Made by a program: the position numbers and the translations under genes. Below are positions 1 through 10,461 of a stretch of DNA of 45,439 bases, piece by piece; positions within the stretch are counted from its first letter, which is position 1, and each line of letters starts with the position of its first letter. The stretch lies in IMG/VR virus record IMGVR_UViG_2872678658_000002; one strand, written 5' to 3'. The notes beneath the pieces were generated by a model. That model saw only the letters and a program-made list of their open reading frames with translations, did no database searches and was not told the origin of the DNA. Origin of the DNA: a virus (lineage: Duplodnaviria; Heunggongvirae; Uroviricota; Caudoviricetes).

Positions 1-780
1 ATGAATTTTACGTTTACTGACTCTGGATACACTGAAACAAATAAAAACAATCCCCCAATCATATTCGTTCATGGATTTTTCATGAATAATGAAATGTTCA
101 AATACCAGTTTGACGAACTAAAAGAAAAACATAGAGTTGTTTGCATTAATGTTCGGGGATTCGATGCTCTCTCCGAAAAAATTGAGCCATTCTCGCTCTA
201 TGACATCGTTGATGACATTTTAAACGTCGCAGACTCACTACAACTGGATAAGTTTATTTTAGGTGGAATGTCGATGGGCGGATATATATCATTACGATTT
301 GCCCTGTCACATTCAGAACGTTTGTCAGGGCTAATCCTTATGGCAACTCAGGCAGAGCAGGATCCGCCAGAAATCGCGTCCAGTTACATGGAGTTATGTA
401 ATGGATGGCAAGACCCAATCATAAAGGAAAATATAATCAACTCATTATTACCCGTTTTTTTCGGAAATGATATCTCTGAAGCAGAGACATGGAGACAGGT
501 ATGGCTAGGCCATAAACCTGAAAATATCATAAAGGCCATGAATGCAATGCTGGAGCGCGACGACATTTCAGAAAGAATCCAGATAATCACAATCCCCACG
601 CTGATTATTCATGGTGCCAACGATATGGGGATACCATTAGAGAAAGCAATTCAAATGCACAAAATGATTGCGCATTCTAAGCTTGAAGTCATTCCCGACG
701 CAAATCATGCTCTAAATATCACTCATGCAAAGGAAGTAAATACAGCGATAAAAAACTGGCTGCAAAACAATCATATATAA
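1..780 (+). CDS. alpha/beta-hydrolase fold protein (putative esterase/lipase), AT-rich cargo gene
   Basis: 259-aa ORF with HGFF oxyanion-like motif, GxSxG-type nucleophile motif (GMSMGG), downstream Asp (HGANDMG) and His (DANHAL); low-GC codon usage unlike neighbouring phage genes. Confidence 0.6.
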   Translation: MNFTFTDSGYTETNKNNPPIIFVHGFFMNNEMFKYQFDELKEKHRVVCINVRGFDALSEKIEPFSLYDIVDDILNVADSLQLDKFILGGMSMGGYISLRFALSHSERLSGLILMATQAEQDPPEIASSYMELCNGWQDPIIKENIINSLLPVFFGNDISEAETWRQVWLGHKPENIIKAMNAMLERDDISERIQIITIPTLIIHGANDMGIPLEKAIQMHKMIAHSKLEVIPDANHALNITHAKEVNTAIKNWLQNNHI

Positions 781-818
781 AATTAATTATAACACATATT
801 AATTTCTTAATTATATTA

Positions 819-841
819 CGCCCGTAAAACTGTAGCGGGCG
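819..841. terminator. hairpin between convergent genes (cgcccg-11 nt loop-cgggcg)
   Basis: 6-bp inverted repeat seen directly between hydrolase stop (780) and minus-strand gene stop (982); no clean U-tract. Confidence 0.3.
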
Positions 842-981
842 TATGTTGTCACTCTGGTAGTGCCAGCCTCTCAATATCAGGTGCAGTTGATGTATCAACA
901 CGGTTCAGCAACACCCGATACTTTTTCCAGGCTTCCAGCAACGGGGTTTCTTCCTCCGTTGCATATACAGCTCACCTTTTT

Positions 982-1275
982 TCACCCACGATTAACCAAC
1001 AGCCAGACCAGCAGACACGCCACCACCGGCACAGCAAAATCCATCAGGCTTGCCACATCCCAAGCACGCGGATCAAAACCGCCCCACCACGGCATATTCA
1101 TTCGCTTGCCATGCCCGAACATTTCAATCCAGCGATATTCTGCCTGGGTATGTTCACGCGCAATGAAGAACGTACAACCGGCTATCGCTCCGTAAGCCCA
1201 GTTTCCGGTAAAAAGACCAACCAGTATCTGCGCAGCCACAGCACAAAGTGCATGAAGTAAGGGGCTTATATCCAT
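982..1275 (-). CDS. hypothetical small membrane protein (tail-fiber-distal cargo)
   Basis: 97-aa ORF with two hydrophobic segments, start 12 nt after upstream gene stop, same strand as tail genes. Confidence 0.45.
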   Translation of the reverse strand: MDISPLLHALCAVAAQILVGLFTGNWAYGAIAGCTFFIAREHTQAEYRWIEMFGHGKRMNMPWWGGFDPRAWDVASLMDFAVPVVACLLVWLLVNRG

Positions 1276-1287
1276 TATTTCCTCCTT

Positions 1288-1566
1288 TCAGCTCCATTCC
1301 CGAAGCGGTGTTTCCAGCTCCACGACATAATCAGAGAATACAGAAACATCAAACAAGTCATCAAGAATGCGAATGTTGACAAAATAACCATCATTCCGGA
1401 TACAGACAGGTTCTCCCTCTTCTGTTACCCCTGTTTCTGTGTAGGTGAAACCAATTTCATCAACTAACAGTTTATTCTGGAGGTCTTCATCTTCCGCCCA
1501 GCCAAGAGATGACAGGAAGGCCTTAAACTGCAGTTTGTCATGAAACTTCAAAGTTAAATCTTTCAT
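1288..1566 (-). CDS. small acidic protein translationally coupled to side tail fiber (possible fiber chaperone/accessory)
   Basis: 92-aa ORF; ATGA start/stop overlap with the stf stop codon at 1563-1566; D/E-rich. Confidence 0.45.
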   Translation of the reverse strand: MKDLTLKFHDKLQFKAFLSSLGWAEDEDLQNKLLVDEIGFTYTETGVTEEGEPVCIRNDGYFVNIRILDDLFDVSVFSDYVVELETPLREWS

Positions 1567-3632
1567 ACGACCTCTTTTAATTGCCTGTCATTTAATTCTT
1601 TATGCCATATGCGGAAATTGCGAATATGGCCAAACAGATGTCGTTCTCCAGTATTCGTCTGCCCTCCAAATCGGATATTTTTATCAGCGGTCACGCCATT
1701 ATATTCACAATAAACTTCATTAACCGCTTTACCATTTGTCACCACATGAAAGTGACCATCAGCTTTTGCAATACATCCAAATGTGGTTTTCTCTGCAAAT
1801 ACATCTGTCGCTGCGCTATTAACATACGAGCCTGAAGGGTTTGACAGACTCATATATAACTTACCACTACCTCTGTTGACTGCTGCAATTGCTGATTGCC
1901 CGGTATTGGCTGCTGCTATATCCCACACGCGGGGTGCGGCGTTTGGTGCAATATCCCAGTTTTTATGAATCTCAAGTAAAAAAGTAAATGGTAACTTATA
2001 AAGATTATTTCTGGTGGGGATACTAACCAAATCACTGGCTCTTGTCGTTGCGCTGCCTCCTGAAATAATAAATGATGATACACACGGCCCATTCTCTACT
2101 TGTGGGGTGGCAAGATAAATATAGTCACCAGATACTGTTGCCCCACCCTTCTCAGGAGAATACTGTATCTGAGAGCCTATTTTTAACTCACCATCAATTG
2201 CCTGAATCGTTGCCTCTGCAAAAATCCAGCCCGTGGTCTTATCCTTCCTGACTCGTGCCGTAATTCTGCCGGCAGCACCACCTGTCATATTAATTTCAAG
2301 CGTTTGCGTATCAATGTACGCATCGCCAAGAAAAGTTGTTGCACTTCCGTCATATTTATCAAACCGGATTCGCAACCTTACCTGCAGTTCTGTTTTAAAG
2401 CGACATGAGGTTGTCACGTATTTATTATCGCCTGAGACATCAACTGACTTTGTTGCAGCAATTGATGCCATATTAATAGCCGAAGTTTGCCCAACCAGAG
2501 AATCGTTGCAGACAAACTTTCCATAAGTAAAACCAAAACTATCCGTCCCGGTTTCGGGCACATCCATGTTTGATGACTTCCCCCAGCTGGCTGGACTTTC
2601 CGAATTGAGCATGTAGTTCGTTCTTTGTCCCTCAATAAGCAGGCCATCACACTCAAATCGCGGCTCATTAATTTCCGCCGTTTTCAGTTCGCCAGATTTG
2701 TTGATATATGTTGCCGTTGATGCGCGACTGAAATTAACCTGTTTATCACTGGCGACCTGAACCACATCGTCACCAATAGCTATTTTTTTATAGCCCGGAG
2801 AAAAACCCGCAATCATATCCAGTGAATCGTTAAACGGTATCCACACATCAGGCAGCGGCGGCACTATATTCGCATAGGGCTCTGCAGTCACTTCCGCTGC
2901 GGCTTCTGCGCGGTCTGCCGCCTTTTCAGCTCGTGTCGCTGCCGACAGAGCCTCATCCTTTTTCTGCCCGGCCTTTGTTGCGTCTGCTGCAGCCTCCCGC
3001 GCTTTTGTGGTGGCGACTCCGGCATTTTCAGCGGCTGACTCTGCATTACGGCGGGAAGCCTCTTCACTGTCTGCGGAGGCTTCTTCTGACGCACGGGCAT
3101 TTGTCTCTGAACGTTCTGCCGCTGTTGCTGCGTTTTGTGCGGCTGTTTTTGAAGAAGCTGCCGCTTTCGCGCTGTTACCTGCATTCGTCTCTGATGTTTT
3201 CGCCGCGTTCCTGGACGATGCCGCTGCTGTTTCTGATTTCTTTGCTGCCGCTGCGCTCTGAGAGGCGGCTTCAGCGTTGCGTGCCACATCCTCCACCATT
3301 TCCTGAAAACGGCGCAATGCCTCCGGCATGACATCATCTTCCGTCATGGCACCGAGAAAATCATTCAGCGTCCCCGGACTGGAACCTTCATAGACGGTAA
3401 TGGTCCCAACATGTGATGGCTGAGAACCCTCAATCCACAGGATGACGCTGTACTGACCATACTCAACGTCCATACTGTAACGCCCGGCTTCATCAGGATT
3501 TTCAGAGGCCACCGTGTTCACCAGTACCGTGGTGCTGTTACGCTTTGCCTTCAGTTGAATAGTGCAGTTCTGTATTGGTTTTCCCGCACCATCTTTCAGC
3601 ACACCTGAGATTTTTACTGCTGCCATATCCAC
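1563..3632 (-). CDS. stf: side tail fiber protein (lambda Stf-like N-terminus, divergent C-terminal receptor-binding region)
   Basis: 689 aa; N-terminus MAAVKISGVLKDGAGKPIQNCTIQLKAKRNSTT... matches remembered lambda Stf; Ala/Ser-rich repetitive stalk. Confidence 0.85.
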   Translation of the reverse strand: MDMAAVKISGVLKDGAGKPIQNCTIQLKAKRNSTTVLVNTVASENPDEAGRYSMDVEYGQYSVILWIEGSQPSHVGTITVYEGSSPGTLNDFLGAMTEDDVMPEALRRFQEMVEDVARNAEAASQSAAAAKKSETAAASSRNAAKTSETNAGNSAKAAASSKTAAQNAATAAERSETNARASEEASADSEEASRRNAESAAENAGVATTKAREAAADATKAGQKKDEALSAATRAEKAADRAEAAAEVTAEPYANIVPPLPDVWIPFNDSLDMIAGFSPGYKKIAIGDDVVQVASDKQVNFSRASTATYINKSGELKTAEINEPRFECDGLLIEGQRTNYMLNSESPASWGKSSNMDVPETGTDSFGFTYGKFVCNDSLVGQTSAINMASIAATKSVDVSGDNKYVTTSCRFKTELQVRLRIRFDKYDGSATTFLGDAYIDTQTLEINMTGGAAGRITARVRKDKTTGWIFAEATIQAIDGELKIGSQIQYSPEKGGATVSGDYIYLATPQVENGPCVSSFIISGGSATTRASDLVSIPTRNNLYKLPFTFLLEIHKNWDIAPNAAPRVWDIAAANTGQSAIAAVNRGSGKLYMSLSNPSGSYVNSAATDVFAEKTTFGCIAKADGHFHVVTNGKAVNEVYCEYNGVTADKNIRFGGQTNTGERHLFGHIRNFRIWHKELNDRQLKEVV

Positions 3633-3690
3633 TCCACAAAAAAGCCCGCCTGAACCGGCGGGCTGTCATAACACTGTGTTGCCTGGTTAA

Positions 3691-4290
3691 TCAGAATTTA
3701 TAACCGACACCAACGATGAAACCGTCAGTGCGCCAGTCGCCACTGCCGGAACCTTCATAAGCAATATCAATGGCCACGGATTCGGTCGGGTTAAACTGCA
3801 CGCCAGCCCCCCACGCCAGAGACGTGTCGCTGTAGCGACCGTCATCACTTCCGGTCAGCACATCGTCCGTTTTCCCCTTGTTATCAGTTACGCGGAGATA
3901 ATCCCCGGAGAAAGTCGACACACGGCTGTAAGCCACGCCCGCCATCGCATACGTGCTGAACCATTCATTCACGCGTACAGACGGCCCCGCCATCATGCTG
4001 AACCAGCGGTTACGCACGGAATCTTCATGCCAGCGGGTATCGCTGTAGTGCGTTTTTTGCTCATCCTCAGCATTGGCATAACTGAAGGACGTAATCAGCC
4101 CCAGCGCGTCCGTAAACTCATAACGGTATTTCACGTTAATCCCGTTCAGATTATCGCTGCCGGGAGCGTTCGTACGGGCATGAAGATACCCCGCGCTCAG
4201 TGTGGACTGATGTTCAGACGCCCATGCAGGCGCACCGGATACGGACAGACAGATGGCTGCGGACAAAATGGCTGCACATAATTTACGCAT
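3691..4290 (-). CDS. lom: Lom outer-membrane protein (Ail/Lom family)
   Basis: 199 aa, signal peptide, C-terminal ...GVGYKF beta-barrel terminus; position between J and stf as in lambda. Confidence 0.85.
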   Translation of the reverse strand: MRKLCAAILSAAICLSVSGAPAWASEHQSTLSAGYLHARTNAPGSDNLNGINVKYRYEFTDALGLITSFSYANAEDEQKTHYSDTRWHEDSVRNRWFSMMAGPSVRVNEWFSTYAMAGVAYSRVSTFSGDYLRVTDNKGKTDDVLTGSDDGRYSDTSLAWGAGVQFNPTESVAIDIAYEGSGSGDWRTDGFIVGVGYKF

Positions 4291-4357
4291 AATTACCTCT
4301 CGCTTTTCTGCAATAAAAAAGGCGCCATTTCTGGCGCCCGTATTGGGGTTATAAAAT

Positions 4358-7300
4358 TCAGCTAATCGTGATGCCTGCAGTGGCTTTCTTCATCACAACA
4401 ACCAGCAAATCGCTGATACTTGCTGTGGGATACCAGCCATTTACCCACCATGCTGATACAGAAAACTCCAGCGTCATGTCGCCGCGACCAGCAGGCATAT
4501 CAATAACACCACTGTAAACCAGCGTATTATCCATCGCGGTACGGTTATAAATTTCAGCACCGTTTTTCTTCACTATCAGGCGGCATGACGAATAAGTATC
4601 GCTGTTCTCCCGCTCATGTCTGGCACCGCTGAAAGCCACCGCCGGAATAACAATCTGCCGGTTAAACGGCTGATCGTCATAAACCCTGACGGTAATGGTT
4701 CCTGATGGCCAACGCTTCGGTGCACGGGAGTCACGAGGGAAAGCCTTACCCACTGTTTTAACGAGATCGCCTTCAATCTGGTTTGCAGACAGTTTCCCTC
4801 TGATGACACAGTTCTCGTTAATGGTGACATTATTGAGCGTGCCGGTATTCGCCGTGATGGCTCCACTGATATCCGCATTGCGGGCTGTCAGCCTGCCATC
4901 CGGCGTCAGGGAAAACGTCGGAGGATTGCCGGATGACGTGATGCTCACCGCAAACAGTCGCTTCAGGAACACGTCGTTCATGAACAGCTGATTCCCCTGC
5001 GCCACAAACAGCGGCGTGGTGTTGCCGTTCTCCGGGGTAATCATCGCAATGCGATCGGCCTGCAGCAGAATGTTACTCAGGGTCTGACCATCAACATCCT
5101 CAATCCCCGCACCAATCCCGGCCACATAGGGAATACCGTTTTTTGTTTTCTGCACCTTCAGCATATACATGGCATTCAGCTCATTGCGCGTGTCTGACTG
5201 AACCCGCTGGATTTGCTGTATGGTCACGGCCTGGTCACCCAGCTTTTTATCCGTGGTCGAGGTAATTTCACTCCCTTTTTTATCCACGTACTGGCGGACC
5301 TGTGCTATCTGTCGGGCGTTTTCTGACTGCCCCTGGCTGACAGTCTGTGAGATTTCACTGCTCACCCGGTCCACTTTCTGGCTCACCTGCGCGATGGCCA
5401 GTGTCTGATCCTCATTCTTTTTCGCAACCAGCTGCGTGAGGCTGTTTTCCGCCTTCCCGATTTTCCGGGTCACTTCTGCGATATCCGTGTCCATCCGCTG
5501 ACGGATATCTTCTTCCAGTTGCGTGACCTCCGTACGCAGCGCTGAAGCATCAATGCGCTCTTTCAGTGCCTGACCCAGAAGCGTCTCATCTATCAGCCCC
5601 CGGAAAATTTCCAGATACCCTTCACCATCATTGCTGGGCTGCCCGCTGGCTTCCACAAAAGCAGATTTTCCCACCAGGTTGACGCTTCGCACGTAAAACC
5701 AGAAATCCGTTCCCGGCTTAATCCGGCTCCCCTGGACAGTCCACTGACTGCCGGTCCCCAGATAACGGGCAGATTTTTCCACCTGTGCTGTGTTCGTGAT
5801 GCGTTTTTCTGAGAACCAGAATTCAAACTGTACCGTCGGGTCATACACCGCAAGACGCGGGACCGCCGTTATCTGAAAATACCCCGGCGTCAGCTCAATG
5901 GTGGCGGGTTTTGCAGGTGCGTTAATCCGGAACGATACCGACGCCGGATCGCCCTGCTGTCCCCGGGCATTTACCGCCCGGACCGTCAGCGTGTAACGCC
6001 CCAGCGCCAGCTGCCTGAAGCGGTAAGTGGTTTCCGCCGTCCGGGCCGTGCTGACCAGCCGCTCACTGCCGTCATCCGCTGTTACGGTCAGACGGAGCAG
6101 GAAGCTCACGCCCTTCACCACCTTCGGCGTGTCCCAGCGCGCCAGCACCTGATATTCCCCGCTGTCTGCGGTGACTTCGGCGGTCAGGTGCTGCACCGCT
6201 GGCGGCGTGACACCATTCACCGTGCCGCTCTGGTCGCCGTCAAAGTGCGCTCCGTTATCCACGATGGCCTCTTTTTCCGGTACATGCTGCACGGCGGTGA
6301 TGGCATACGTGCCGTCATCGTTCTCACGGATACTCACGCAGCGGAACAGGCGCTGGCGCAACGTCGGCAGCTTCAGTCCCCATACGCTGTATTCTGCAAC
6401 GCCGTCAGGAACACGGCTCACTTTTACCTTCACGCCGTCGGTGACGGACTGGACCTCCACGCTGACCGGATTCCCCTGTCCGTCAGCCAGGCTTATCAGC
6501 GTGGTGCCGGAGGATGGCAGCGTGATTTCACGGTCGAGCGTCAGTGTCCGCGTCTGGTTGTTCACCGCCAGCACGCGCCCGCCGATGCTGATCCCCGCAT
6601 AGTCATCATCACAGATTTCAATGACATCGCCCGGTACATGGCGAAGCCCTTCTGCACCCACGCTGAAGTCCACGGTCTGCGTTTCCAGCAGCTCCGTTTT
6701 AATCAGCCACAGCCCGGCGCGGTGTGCCTGCCCCCGGCTGGTACAGCCAAAGGCATCCATCTTCGTGACGTTACGACCGTAACGGGCAATGGCCTGCGTG
6801 TCCTCCACAAGCTCTGTCGCCGTCTCCCAGCCGTTATCCGGGTCAATCCAGTTCACCTCAACGGCATTATGGCGGTCTTTCAGGGCGCTGAAGCTGTAGC
6901 GGAACGGCGCGCCATCATCCGGCATCACCACATTACTGCGGTTATAGGTCCACACCTTATCCGACGGTCGGTCCTGCACGAATGTCAGCGTCTGCCCGTT
7001 CCATACCGGCATACAGCGCATCGCCGAGCAAAAATCACTGAGCACATCCCACGCCTTGCGCTGTGTGGTCAGGTACGCATTACAGGTGATGCGCGGCTCC
7101 GTGCCGCCAAAGCCGTCCGGCACTGACTGGTCGCAATTCTGGCCGATGACATACAGCGCCCATTTATCCACATCTGCCGCACCAAGACGTTTCCCCATGC
7201 CGTAGCGCGGATGGGTCAGCATATCCCACAGACACCAGGCCATGTTGTTGCTGTATGCTGGCTTAAACGTTCCGTCCCAGATACCGCTGTATTGCCGCGT

Positions 7301-8056
7301 CTGCGGGTTATAGTTCGACGGCACCTGCAGAATGCGCCCGCGAAGATGATAATTACGGCTCACCTGCTGGCTGCCGAACTGCTCCGAGTCCACCTGTACG
7401 CCGACCAGTGCCGTGTTCGGGTAGCACTGTTTCACATCGATGATTTCGGTGTATGACGACCAGAGCGTTTTGTTCTGCAACTGGTCTGTGGTGCTGTCCG
7501 GCGTCATCCTGCGCATCCGGATATTAAACGGGCGCGGCGGCAGGTTATCCACCACCACCGAGGCCAGATACTGCGACGTGGTTTTGCCCTTAATGGTGAT
7601 GTCTTTTTCCGTCACCCAGCCACCGTTACGTTGAATCTGAACCAGCAGGCGGACTTCCGATGGATTCCTGTCCCCCTTTGAGGTGGTTTCCACCAGTGCC
7701 TGCACGCCGAAAGTAAAACGCAGACGGTCAATGTTTGCCGACGTGATGGTCCGGGTGATCGGCGTGTCATATTTCACTTCTGTACCGAGCACCGTCTCGG
7801 AGCCGGAGGATTCAAATCCCTCCGGCGGTGTCTGCTCCTGCTCACCGGCCCGGAACACCACCGTGACGCCGAATATATTGGTATTCCCCTCACTGTCCAG
7901 CACCGGCGTACTGTTCAGCAGCACGCTTTTTAATCCATCCACCGGACCTTCAACCGGCCCTTCGCTGATGGCGTCTATCACGCTCAGCATCTGGGATGAT
8001 TTCAGGTTGTCCTTCGCTTCGCGCGGGGTATGCCCCTTACTGCTGCCTTTACCCAT
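4358..8056 (-). CDS. J: tail tip/host specificity protein J
   Basis: 1232 aa beginning [20 protein letters not shown], long identity to remembered lambda J over most of the length, divergent extreme C-terminus. Confidence 0.95.
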   Translation of the reverse strand: MGKGSSKGHTPREAKDNLKSSQMLSVIDAISEGPVEGPVDGLKSVLLNSTPVLDSEGNTNIFGVTVVFRAGEQEQTPPEGFESSGSETVLGTEVKYDTPITRTITSANIDRLRFTFGVQALVETTSKGDRNPSEVRLLVQIQRNGGWVTEKDITIKGKTTSQYLASVVVDNLPPRPFNIRMRRMTPDSTTDQLQNKTLWSSYTEIIDVKQCYPNTALVGVQVDSEQFGSQQVSRNYHLRGRILQVPSNYNPQTRQYSGIWDGTFKPAYSNNMAWCLWDMLTHPRYGMGKRLGAADVDKWALYVIGQNCDQSVPDGFGGTEPRITCNAYLTTQRKAWDVLSDFCSAMRCMPVWNGQTLTFVQDRPSDKVWTYNRSNVVMPDDGAPFRYSFSALKDRHNAVEVNWIDPDNGWETATELVEDTQAIARYGRNVTKMDAFGCTSRGQAHRAGLWLIKTELLETQTVDFSVGAEGLRHVPGDVIEICDDDYAGISIGGRVLAVNNQTRTLTLDREITLPSSGTTLISLADGQGNPVSVEVQSVTDGVKVKVSRVPDGVAEYSVWGLKLPTLRQRLFRCVSIRENDDGTYAITAVQHVPEKEAIVDNGAHFDGDQSGTVNGVTPPAVQHLTAEVTADSGEYQVLARWDTPKVVKGVSFLLRLTVTADDGSERLVSTARTAETTYRFRQLALGRYTLTVRAVNARGQQGDPASVSFRINAPAKPATIELTPGYFQITAVPRLAVYDPTVQFEFWFSEKRITNTAQVEKSARYLGTGSQWTVQGSRIKPGTDFWFYVRSVNLVGKSAFVEASGQPSNDGEGYLEIFRGLIDETLLGQALKERIDASALRTEVTQLEEDIRQRMDTDIAEVTRKIGKAENSLTQLVAKKNEDQTLAIAQVSQKVDRVSSEISQTVSQGQSENARQIAQVRQYVDKKGSEITSTTDKKLGDQAVTIQQIQRVQSDTRNELNAMYMLKVQKTKNGIPYVAGIGAGIEDVDGQTLSNILLQADRIAMITPENGNTTPLFVAQGNQLFMNDVFLKRLFAVSITSSGNPPTFSLTPDGRLTARNADISGAITANTGTLNNVTINENCVIRGKLSANQIEGDLVKTVGKAFPRDSRAPKRWPSGTITVRVYDDQPFNRQIVIPAVAFSGARHERENSDTYSSCRLIVKKNGAEIYNRTAMDNTLVYSGVIDMPAGRGDMTLEFSVSAWWVNGWYPTASISDLLVVVMKKATAGITIS

Positions 8057-8116
8057 TCCTCATGCTCCATAAACGATAAAACCGCCCGGAGGCGGTTTCA
8101 CATAAAACATTTTGCA

Positions 8117-8788
8117 TCAGCGACCAATCACCACAACCTGACCACCATCCCCTTCGTCTGCCGTGCTGATCTCCTGAGAAACCACGCGTGACCCCACGCG
8201 CATTTCACCGTACAGAACCGGCAGAACATTGCCCTGGGCAACCATGTTATCCAGTGAGGAGAAATAGGTGTTCTGTTTGCCGTTATCCGTTGTCTGTGTA
8301 CGGGGAGTTCTGGCTTTCGGTGCCAGCATCTGCGCCACACCACCGAGCACCATACTGGCACCGAGAGAAAACAGGATGCCGGTCATACCACCGGCCCCAA
8401 TGGCTGCCCCCCATGCTGCAAGGGTGGCTCCGGCGGTAAAGAATGATCCGGCAATGGCGGCAGCCCCCAGGACAATCTGGAATACGCCACCTGACTTGGC
8501 CCCGGCGACTCTGGGAACAATATGAATCACAGCGCCATCAGGCAGAGTCTCATGTAACTGCGCCGTTAACCCGGACGTGCTGACGTCCCGCCCGGCAATC
8601 CGTACCTGATACCAGCCGTCGCTCAGTTTCTGACGAAACGCCGGGAGCTGTGTGGCCAGCGCCCGAATGGCTTCAGCCCCCGTTTTCACACGAAGGTCGA
8701 TGCGGCGGCCAAATCGTTGTAAATCCCCGTAAAGGCAGATGCGCGCCATGCCCGGTGACGCCAGAGGGAGTGTGTGCGTCGCTGCCAT
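8117..8788 (-). CDS. I: tail assembly protein I
   Basis: 223 aa, lambda I-like sequence, overlaps K 3-prime end as in lambda. Confidence 0.9.
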   Translation of the reverse strand: MAATHTLPLASPGMARICLYGDLQRFGRRIDLRVKTGAEAIRALATQLPAFRQKLSDGWYQVRIAGRDVSTSGLTAQLHETLPDGAVIHIVPRVAGAKSGGVFQIVLGAAAIAGSFFTAGATLAAWGAAIGAGGMTGILFSLGASMVLGGVAQMLAPKARTPRTQTTDNGKQNTYFSSLDNMVAQGNVLPVLYGEMRVGSRVVSQEISTADEGDGGQVVVIGR

Positions 8789-9429
8789 TTGTCGGTATAC
8801 CTCTCTCGTTTGCTCAGTTGTTCAGGAATATGGTGCAGCAGCTCGCCATCACCACAGTAAATGGCGGCATGATTCGGCACCGATGAACCAAAACAGCACA
8901 GCAGCACATCGCCCGGTTGTGCTGATGACAACGGCACCTGATACAGCCCTGTGGCCTCCAGATTATCCAGATAGAGATTCTGATCGTGACGCCACCAGTC
9001 ATCCTCGCGATGAAAATCCGGCATCTCAATCCCCGCCAGATGATAAGCATCCCGGAACAGCGTGTAACAGTCCGTCACCCCGTGCTCAAAGCGCCGCCCG
9101 GTGAGATGCGGCACACAGCGGAACTTATGAATCGCCCCCCGGCAGACCAGCAACCACGGCAAATCACTCTGCACCTGCAGCCGCCGGTCAGCCTCACTCA
9201 GCCAGGGCAGACCACCGGGGTGGCTGTGGACCAGCGCCACAATCTCACCCTGCATTTCTGCCTGCAGCCAGTCCTCCGGAGCCATCCGGAAATACGCCTC
9301 CGGCTCACCGGAGATATTCACGCAGGGAAAATATCTTTCCCCCTCCGGCGCTCTCACCACGAAGCCGCACGACTCCGCTGGCGCACATCGCCGGGCGTGC
9401 GCCAGAATCGCTGATTCTGTCTCTGTCAT
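8686..9429 (-). CDS. K: tail assembly protein K (NlpC/P60 + JAB-like)
   Basis: ORF 8686-9471; lambda K-like sequence begins at internal Met (MTETESAILAHARR), so start placed at 9429. Confidence 0.85.
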   Translation of the reverse strand: MTETESAILAHARRCAPAESCGFVVRAPEGERYFPCVNISGEPEAYFRMAPEDWLQAEMQGEIVALVHSHPGGLPWLSEADRRLQVQSDLPWLLVCRGAIHKFRCVPHLTGRRFEHGVTDCYTLFRDAYHLAGIEMPDFHREDDWWRHDQNLYLDNLEATGLYQVPLSSAQPGDVLLCCFGSSVPNHAAIYCGDGELLHHIPEQLSKRERYTDKWQRRTHSLWRHRAWRASAFTGIYNDLAAASTFV

Positions 9430-9433
9430 GGGA

Positions 9434-10132
9434 TTACTGCGAAAGTTTGTTAATGGAAAGGAAGCCGCCAAAGTTGCCGACGTTATTGCGGAACTTACAA
9501 CCGCTCAGGCATTTGCTGCATTTATCCTTCGTGATATCGGACGTTGGCTGGTCATATTCATCCGCGACCGCCGGACCGTGATAACCGCACTCATCGCCGC
9601 GATAGGTCCAGGTGCAGGTGTTGGCCAGCATGATACGTCCCGGAAAAACAGCGCCGTCCGTTTCCGTCGGCGTGGACAGTACAAAGGAGGCACTGACCGC
9701 GCTCAGTTCGCTGCACTGCTCAATGCGCCAGCGGCTGATCACCTCCTGCTCCGGATCGGCGTCTCTGTTTCCGTTGACGAAGTTCACCGCATCCAGAAAA
9801 CGGGCGTAAACCTTACGCCTGACCACCGTTCCGCCGACCAGACTCTGCAGATCTTCCGCCATCCCGGTGACCATGCCGTACAGGTTAGAAACCGTCAGCG
9901 TGGGGCGCGTACTGGTGCCTTTGCCATTCAGTTCAAAACCACTCCCCTGAATGGGATACGCCTGATACTGCCGCCCCTGCCAGGTGACCGGCTCACCTTT
10001 TTCGTTCTGCTCATTACAGAAAAAATAACGTTCTCCACCGACCTCTGTCAGATCGATTTCCCAGAGCACCACGCTGGCCGACTGCTCCGCACGGGTGCAT
10101 TCATTCAATGTTTCCTGCCGGATATCCTGCAT
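9434..10132 (-). CDS. L: minor tail protein L
   Basis: 232 aa, MQDIRQETLNECTRAEQSASVVLWEIDL... lambda L-like. Confidence 0.9.
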   Translation of the reverse strand: MQDIRQETLNECTRAEQSASVVLWEIDLTEVGGERYFFCNEQNEKGEPVTWQGRQYQAYPIQGSGFELNGKGTSTRPTLTVSNLYGMVTGMAEDLQSLVGGTVVRRKVYARFLDAVNFVNGNRDADPEQEVISRWRIEQCSELSAVSASFVLSTPTETDGAVFPGRIMLANTCTWTYRGDECGYHGPAVADEYDQPTSDITKDKCSKCLSGCKFRNNVGNFGGFLSINKLSQ

Positions 10133-10461
10133 CAGTTCACCACCTGTTCAAACTCTGCGCTGAACTCAACACGCAGCATACTGACCCGCGACGACCATTT
10201 TGCGCAGGTCACCTTTATCTGCCTGTAACCATAAGGCGGCGTCCACAGAAAGGCCTTCCAGCCCCCGTGCTCAGCCAGAAACGACTCCAGCGCCGTGGCC
10301 TCCTCACGGGAGACAGACAGCGTCACGCTGTACGTTTTCAGGTCAGCGTTCAGCCCGGCAGGCGCACGCTGGGAATAGCCATCACCAAAGCGCACCTCCC
10401 TGACGGAAGGAGCCGATGTCACATCCATCCCGGGTTTCACTTTCCAGCGGAAGGTTTTCAT
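10132..10461 (-). CDS. M: minor tail protein M
   Basis: 109 aa, lambda M-like, 1-nt overlap with L. Confidence 0.9.
   Translation of the reverse strand: MKTFRWKVKPGMDVTSAPSVREVRFGDGYSQRAPAGLNADLKTYSVTLSVSREEATALESFLAEHGGWKAFLWTPPYGYRQIKVTCAKWSSRVSMLRVEFSAEFEQVVN

Noticed and set aside
844-863. 8-mer ttgtcact shared between the left-end intergenic region and the int-tRNA spacer (44423-44430) as a possible att core
   Set aside because: Too short to exceed chance expectation and not part of the tRNA 3-prime end.
2888-3337. Overlapping ORFs on both strands inside the Ala/Ser-rich stf stalk
   Set aside because: Artefacts of the repetitive GCN-rich region; the Stf frame is the only one with recognisable similarity.
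6188-7126. 312-aa plus-strand ORF (and other 60-170-aa plus-strand ORFs) lying antisense inside J, H, A, B and C
   Set aside because: They sit entirely within well-supported minus-strand structural genes, lack RBSs and have Arg/Pro/His-rich composition typical of GC-rich antisense frames; treated as shadow ORFs.
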